In this document: piece by piece, positions 56,201 through 64,000 of the stretch
Numbering within the stretch: the stretch's first letter is position 1
Layout of the letters: every line of letters begins with the position of its first letter
Source: Phyllobates terribilis
Taxonomy: Eukaryota
Reading direction: 5' to 3'
Assembly (NCBI RefSeq): GCF_046119375.1
Contig: NW_027362766.1
Location: 10,106,001 to 10,170,000, forward strand
Length of the DNA stretch: 64,000 nucleotides
Made by a program: the position numbers and the translations under genes
The notes under the pieces: model-generated
What the model was told of the DNA's origin: nothing
Databases searched by the model: none
Seen by the model: only the letters and a program-made list of their open reading frames with translations

Positions 56201-59200
56201 GTAGATCCCAACATTACCCGGAGCCTCCTGTAGGTGGCAATATATAGGGGTAGATCCCAATATTACCAGGAGGCTCCTGTAGGTGTCGATGTATAGGGGT
56301 AGAACCCGATATTACCCGGAGCCTCCTGTAGGTGGCTGTATATAGGGGTAATTTCCCGGTATTACCCGGAGCCACCTGTAGGTGGTGATATATAGGGGTA
56401 GATCCCGGTATTACCCGGAGCCTCCTGTAGGTGGCGATATATATAGGGTAGATCCCGGTATTACCCGCAGCCTCCTGTAGGTGGCGGTATATAGGGGAAG
56501 ATCCCCGTATTACCCGGAGCCTCCTGTAGGTGGCCGTATATATGGGTAATTTCCCGGTATTACCCGGAGCCACCTGTAGGTGGCGATATGTAGGGGTAGA
56601 TCCCGGTATTACCCGGAGCCTCCTGTAGGTGGCGGTATATAGGGGTAGATCCCGGTATTACCCGGAGCCTCCTGTAGGTGGCGGTATATAGGGGTAGATC
56701 CCGGTATTACCCGGAGCCTCCTGTAGGTGGCGGTATATAGGGGTAGATCCCGGTATTACCCGGAGCCTCCTGTAGGTGGCGATATATAGGGGTAGATCCC
56801 GGTATTACCCGGAGCCTCCTGTAGGTGGTGGTATATAGGGGTAGATCCCGGTATTACCCGGAGCCTCCTGTAGGTGGCGGTATATAGGGGTAGATCCCGA
56901 TATTACCCGGAGCCTCGTGTAGGTGGCGGTATATAGGGGTAGATCCCGATATTACCCGGAGCCTCCTGTAGGTGGCAATATATAGGGGTAGATCCCGGTA
57001 TTACACGGAGCCTCCTGTAGGTGGCAATATATAGGGGTAGATCCCGGTATTACCCGGAGCCTGCTGTTGGTGGCGATATATAGGGGTAGATCCCGGTATT
57101 ACCCGGAGCCTCCTGTAGGTGGCGATATATAGGGGTAGATCCCGGTATTACCTGGAGCCTCCTGTAGGTGGCGGTATATAGGGGTATATCCCGGTATTAC
57201 CCGGAGCCTCCTGTAGGTGGCGGTATATAGTGGTAGATCCTGGTATTACCCGGAGCCTCCTGTAGGTGGCGGTATATAGGGGTAGATCCCGATATTACCC
57301 GGAGCCTCCTGTAGGTGGCGGTATATAGGGGTAGATCCCGATATTACCCGGAGCCTCCTGTAGGTGGTGGTATATAGGGGTAGATCCCGATATTACCCGG
57401 AGCTTCCTGTAGGTGGGGATGTATACGGGTAGATCCCGATATTACCCGGAGCCTCCTGTAGGTGGCGATGTATAGGGGTAGATCCCGATATTAGCCGGAG
57501 CCTCCTGTAGGTGGCGGGGTAGATCCCGATATTACCGGGAGCCTCCTGTAGGTGGCGATATATAGGGGTAGATCATTGTATTACCCGGAGCCTCCTGTAG
57601 GTGGCGATGTATAGGGGTAGATCTCGGTATTACCCGGAGCCTCCTGTAGGTGGCGGTATATAGGGGTAGATCCTGATATTACCCGGAGCCTCCTGTAGGT
57701 GGCGATATATAGGGGTAGATCCATATATTACCCGGAGCCTCCTGTAGGTGGCGATATATAGGGGTAGATCCTGATATTACCCGGAGCCTCCTGTAGGTGG
57801 CGATATATAGGGATGGATCCCGAAAGTAGCCGGAGCCTCCTTGTAGGTGACGATATATAGGGGTAGATCCCGGTATTACCCGGAGCCTCCTGTAGGTGGC
57901 GGTATATAGGGGTAGATCCCGTTATTTCCCGGTGCCTCCTGTAGGTGGTGATGTATAGGGGTAGATCCTGGTATTACCCGGAGCCTCCTGTAGGTGGCGA
58001 TATATAGGGGTAGATCCCGATATTACCCAGAGCCTCCTGTAGGTGGCGGTATATAGGGGTAGATCACGGTATTACCCAAAGCCTCCTGTAGGTGGCGGTA
58101 TATAGGGGTTGATGACGGTATTACCAGGAGGCTTCTGTAGGTGGCAATATATAGGGGTAGATCCCAACATTACCCGGAGCCTCCTGTAGGTGGCGGTATA
58201 TAGGGGTAGATCCCGATATTACCCAGAGCCTCCTGTAGGTGGCGGTATATAGGGGTTGATCACGGTATTACCAGGAGGCTTCTGTAGGTGGCAATATATA
58301 GGGGTAGATCCCAATATTACCAGGAGGCTCCTGTAGGTGTCGATATATAGGGGTAGATCCCGATATTACCCGGAGCCTCCTGTAGGTGGCGGTATATAGG
58401 GGTAGATCCCGTTATTACACGAAAGCTCCTGTAGGTGGCGATGTATAGCAGTTGATCACGGTATTGTCCGGAGGCTCCTGTAGGTGGCGATATGTAGGGT
58501 TAGATCCCGGTATGACCCAAAGCCTCTTATATGTGGCAATATATAGGGGTAGATCCTGATATTACCCAGAGCCTCCTGTAGGTGGCGGTATATAGGGTTA
58601 GATCCCAGTATTATCCGGAGGCTCCTGTAGGTGGCGGTATTTAGTGGTAGATCCCGTTATTACCTAGAGGATCCTGTAGGTAGCGGTAAATAGGGAGAGA
58701 TCCCGTTATTACACGAAGGCTCCTGTAGGTGGCGATATATAGGGGTAGATCCCGATATTACCTGGAGACTCCTATAGGTGGCGGTATATAGGGGTAGATC
58801 CCGAAAGTACCTGGAGCCTCCTGTAGGTGGATATAAATAGAGGTAGATCCCCATATTACCCGGAGCCTCCTGTAGGTGGCGATATATAGGGGTAGATCAC
58901 TGTATTACCCGGAGCCTCCTGTAGGTGGCGATATATAGGGGTAGATCCCGGTATTACCCGGAGCCTCCTGTAGGTGGCGGTATATAGGGGTAGATCCCGA
59001 TATTACCCGGAGCCTCCTGTAGGTGGCGATATATAGGGATAGATCCCGAAAGTAGCCGGAGCCTCCTGTAGGTGGCGATATATAGGGGTAGATCCTGATA
59101 TTACCCGGAGCCTCCTGTAGGTGGCGATATATAGGGATAGATCCCGAAAGTAGCCGGAGCCTCCTGTAGGTAGCGATATATAGGGGTAGATCCCGGTATT

Positions 59201-62200
59201 ACCCGGAGCCTCTTGTAGGTGGCGGTATATAGGGGTAGATCCCGTTATTACCCGGAGACTCCTGTAAGTGGCGGTATATAGGGGTAGATCCCGATATTAC
59301 CCAGAGCCTCCTGTAGGTGGCGGTATATAGGGGTAGATCCCGGTATTACCCGGAGCCTCCTGTAGGTGGCGGTATATAGGGGTTGATCACGGTATTACCA
59401 GGAGGCTTCTGTAGGTGGCAATATATAGGGGTAGATCCCAACATTACCCGGAGCCTCCTGTAGGTGGCAATATATAGGGGTAGATCCCAATATTACCAGG
59501 AGGCTCCTGTAGGTGTCGATGTATAGGGGTAGAACCCGATATTACCCGGAGCCTCCTGTAGGTGGCTGTATATAGGGGTAATTTCCCGGTATTACCCGGA
59601 GCCACCTGTAGGTGGTGATATATAGGGGTAGATCCCGGTATTACCCGGAGCCTCCTGTAGGTGGTGCTATATAGGGTTATAGCCCGGTATTACCTGGAGC
59701 CTCCTGTAGGTGGCGATATATATAGGGTAGATCCCGGTATTACCCGCAGCCTCCTGTAGGTGGCGGTATATAGGGGAAGATCCCCGTATTACCCGGAGCC
59801 TCCTGTAGGTGGCCGTATATATGGGTAATTTCCCGGTATTACCCGGAGCCACCTGTAGGTGGCGATATGTAGGGGTAGATCCCGGTATTACCCGGAGCCT
59901 CCTGTAGGTGGCGGTATATAGGGGTAGATCCCGGTATTACCCGGAGCCTCCTGTAAGTGGCGGTATATAGGGGTAGATCCCGGTATTACCCGGAGCCTCC
60001 TGTAGGTGGCGGTATATAGGGGTAGATCCCGGTATTACCCGGAGCCTCCTGTAGGTGGCGATATATAGGGGTAGATCCCGGTATTACCCGGAGCCTCCTG
60101 TAGGTGGTGGTATATAGGGGTAGATCCCGATATTACCCGGAGCCTCCTGTAGGTGGCGGTATATAGGGGTAGATCCCGATATTACCCGGAGCCTCGTGTA
60201 GGTGGCGGTATATAGGGGTAGATCCCGATATTACCCGGAGCCTCCTGTAGGTGGCAATATATAGGGGTAGATCCCGGTATTACCCGGAGCCTCCTGTAGG
60301 TGGCAATATATAGGGGTAGATCCCGGTATTACCCGGAGCCTGCTGTTGGTGGCGATATATAGGGGTAGATCCCGGTATTACCCGGAGCCTCCTGTAGGTG
60401 GCGATATATAGGGGTAGATCCCGGTATTACCTGGAGCCTCCTGTAGGTGGCGGTATATAGGGGTATATCCCGGTATTACCCGGAGCCTCCTGTAGGTGGC
60501 GGTATATAGTGGTAGATCCTGGTATTACCCGGAGCCTCCTGTAGGTGGCGGTATATGGGGGTAGATCCCTAGTATTACCCGGAGCCTCCTGTAGGTGGGG
60601 AAATCCCGGTATTACCCGGAGCCTCCTGTAGGTGGGGAGATCCCGGTATTACTCGGAGCCTCCTGTAGGTGGCTATATATAGGGGTAGATCCCGGTATTA
60701 CCCGGAGCCTCCTGTAGGTGGCGGTATATAGGGGTAGATCCCGATATTACCCGGAGCTTCCTGTAGGTGGCGGTATATAGGGGTAGATCACGGTATTACC
60801 CGGAGCCTCCTGTATGTGGCGATATATAGGGGTAGATCCCGGTATTACCCGGAGCCTCCTGTAGGTGGCGGTATATAGGGGTAGATCCCGATATTACCCC
60901 TAGCCTCCTGTAGGTGGCGGTATTACTCGGAGCCTCCTGTAGGTGGCGATATATAGGGATAATTTCCCGGTATTACCCGGAGCCACCTGTAGGTGGCGAT
61001 ATATAGGGGTAGATCCCGGTATTACCCGGAGCCTCCTGTAGGTGGTGCTATATAGGGTTATATCCCGGTATTACCTGGAGCCTCCTGTAGGTGGCGATAT
61101 ATATATGGGTAGATCCCGGTATTACCCGGAGCCTCCTGTAGGTGGCGGTATATAGGGGTAGATCCCGATATTACCCGGAGCCTCCTGTAGGTGGAGGTAT
61201 ATAGGGGTAGATCCTGGTATTACCCGGAGCCTCCTGTAGGTGGTGGTATATAGGGGTAGATCCCGGTATTACCCGGAGCCTCCTGTAGGTGGCGGTATAT
61301 AGGGGTAGATCCCGGTATTACCCGGAGCCTCCTGTAGGTGGGGAGATCCTGGTATTACCCGGAGGCTCCTGTAGGTGGCTGTATATAGGGGTAATTTCCT
61401 GGTATTACCCGGAGCCTCCTGTAGGTGGCGGTAAATAGGGGTAGATCCCGATATTACCCGGAGCCTCCTGTAGGTGGCGGTATATAGGGGTAGATCCCGA
61501 TATTACCCGGAGCCTCCTGTAGGTGGCGATATATAGCGGTAGATCCCGATATTACCCGGAGCCTCCTGTAGGTGGCGATATATAGGGGTAGATCACGATA
61601 TTACCAGGAGCCTCCTGTAGGTGGCGGTATATAGGGGTAGATCACGATATTACCAGGAGCCTCCTGTAGGTGGGGATATATAAGGGTAGATCCCGATATT
61701 ACCCGGAGCCTGCTGTAGGTGGCGATGTATAGGGGTAGATCCCGATATTACCCGGAGCCTCCTGTAGGTGGCGATATATAGGGGTAGATCACAATATCAG
61801 CCGGAGCCTCCTGTAGGTGGCGATATATAGGGATAGATCCCTATATTACCCGGAGCCTCCTGTAGGTGGCGATATCGGGATCTACCCCTATATATTACCC
61901 GGAGGCTCCTGTAGGTGGCGATGTATAGGGGTAGATGCCGGTATTACCCGGAGCCTCCTGTAGGTGGCGATATATAGGGGTAGATCCCGATATTACCCGG
62001 AGCCTCCTGTAGGTGGGGATATATAGGAGTAGATCCCGATATTACCCGGAGCCTCCTGTAGGTGGCGGTATATAGGGGTAGATCCCGATATTACCCGGAG
62101 CCTCTTGTAGGTGGCGATATATAGGGGTAGATCCCGATATTACCCGGAGCCTCCTGTAGGTGGCGGTATATAGGGATAGATCCCGACATTACCCGGAGCC

Positions 62201-64000
62201 TCCTGTAGGTGGCGGTATATAGGTGTAGATCCCGACATTACCCGGAGCCTCCTGTAGGTGGCGATATATAGGGGTAGATCCCGACATTACCCGGAGCCTC
62301 CTGTAGGTGGCGATATATAGAGGTAGATCCCGGTATTACCCGGAGCCTCCTGTAGGTGGCGGTATATAGGGGTAGATCCCGATATTACCCGGAGCCTCCT
62401 GTAGGTGGCGGTATATAGGGGTAGATCCCGATATTACCCGGAGCCTCCTGTAGGTGGTGGTATATAGGGGTAGATCCCGATATTACCCGGAGCTTCCTGT
62501 AGGTGGGGATGTATACGGGTAGATCCCGATATTACCCGGAGCCTCCTGTAGGTGGCGATGTATAGGGGTAGATCCCGATATTACCCGGAGCCTCCTGTAG
62601 GTGGCGGGGTAGATCCCGATATTACCGGGAGCCTCCTGTAGGTGGCGATATATAGGGGTAGATCATTGTATTACCCGGAGCCTCCTGTAGGTGGCGATGT
62701 ATAGGGGTAGATCTCGGTATTACCCGGAGCCTCCTGTAGGTGGCGGTATATAGGGGTAGATCCCGATATTACCCGGAGCCTCCTGTAGGTGGCGATATAT
62801 AGGGGTAGATCCATATATTACCCGGAGCCTCCTGTAGGTGGCGATATATAGGGGTAGATCCTGATATTACCCGGAGCCTCCTGTAGGTGGCGATATATAG
62901 GGATAGATCCCGAAAGTAGCCGGAGCCTCCTGTAGTTGACGATATATAGGGGTAGATCCCGGTATTACCCGGAGCCTCCTGTAGGTGGCGGTATATAGGG
63001 GTAGATCCCGTTATTTCCCGGTGCCTCCTGTAGGTGGCGATGTATAGGGGTAGATGCTGGTATTACCCGGAGCCTCCTGTAGGTGGCGATATATAGGGGT
63101 AGATCCCGATATTACCCAGAGCCTCCTGTAGGTGGCGGTATATAGGGGTAGATCACGGTATTACCCAAAGCCTCCTGTAGGTGGCGGTATATAGGGGTTG
63201 ATGACGGTATTACCAGGAGGCTTCTGTAGGTGGCAATATATAGGGGTAGATCCCAACATTACCCGGAGCCTCCTGTAGGTGGCGGTATATAGGGGTAGAT
63301 CCCGATATTACCCAGAGCCTCCTGTAGGTGGCGGTATATAGGGGTTGATCACGGTATTACCAGGAGGCTTCTGTAGGTGGCAATATATAGGGGTAGATCC
63401 CAATATTACCAGGAGGCTCCTGTAGGTGTCGATATATAGGGGTAGATCCCGATATTACCCGGAGCCTCCTGTAGGTGGCGGTATATAGGGGTAGATCCCG
63501 TTATTACACGAAAGCTCCTGTAGGTGGCGATGTATAGCAGTTGATCACGGTATTGTCCGGAGGCTCCTGTAGGTGGCGATATGTAGGGTTAGATCCCGGT
63601 ATGACCCAAAGCCTCTTATATGTGGCAATATATAGGGGTAGATCCTGATATTACCCAGAGCCTCCTGTAGGTGGCGGTATATAGGGTTAGATCCCAGTAT
63701 TATCCGGAGGCTCCTGTAGGTGGCGGTATTTAGTGGTAGATCCGTTATTACCTAGAGGATCCTGTAGGTAGCGGTAAATAGGGAGAGATCCCGTTATTAC
63801 ACGAAGGCTCCTGTAGGTGGCGATATATAGGGGTAGATCCCGATATTACCTGGAGCCTCCTATAGGTGGCGGTATATAGGGGTAGATCCTGATATTACCC
63901 GGAGCCTCCTGTAGGTGGCGATATATAGGGATAGATCCCGAAAGTAGCCGGAGCCTCCTGTAGGTGGCTGTATATAGGGGTAATTTCCCGGTATTACCCG
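50280..64000. repeat. 49-bp satellite with higher-order structure (~280 units, runs off the window)
   Basis: Unit TTACCCGGAGCCTCCTGTAGGTGGCGGTATATAGGGGTAGATCCCGGTA. Diagnostic variant units recur at ~3.2-kb spacing. Confidence 0.98.

Noticed and set aside
50280-64000. Telomeric repeat or rDNA spacer
   Set aside because: No (TTAGGG)n and no rRNA sequence seen.

Overview
Vertebrate (anuran/frog-like) genomic window, GC-rich, with roughly 60-65% tandem repeat, which suggests a subtelomeric location. Positions 0.2-10.5 kb are a transposon cluster: a ~500-bp palindrome, a 76-nt U2 snRNA 5' fragment, a decayed near-full-length Ty3/Gypsy chromovirus (761-6110), a Tc1 element (6135-7595), a Tc1 5' fragment and a possible Penelope-like remnant. 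Three spliced genes could be rebuilt by hand with frame-consistent junctions. TDRKH (minus, 12 coding exons, ~658 aa) lies head-to-head on a ~0.1-kb promoter core with SLC39A1/ZIP1 (plus, 3 coding exons, 313 aa). CRTC2 follows (plus, 14 coding exons, ~824 aa) and has a U12-type AT-AC intron, two coding tandem duplications and one apparent +1 frameshift. Most large introns, both putative plus-strand 3' UTRs and the intergenic gaps each carry a different minisatellite. The window ends in a >=13.7-kb 49-bp satellite with a ~3.2-kb higher-order period and a CTCF-like motif in most units. Two N gaps lie in CRTC2 intron 2. Everything was read and aligned by eye, and reference comparisons are from memory. 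No database searches were run.
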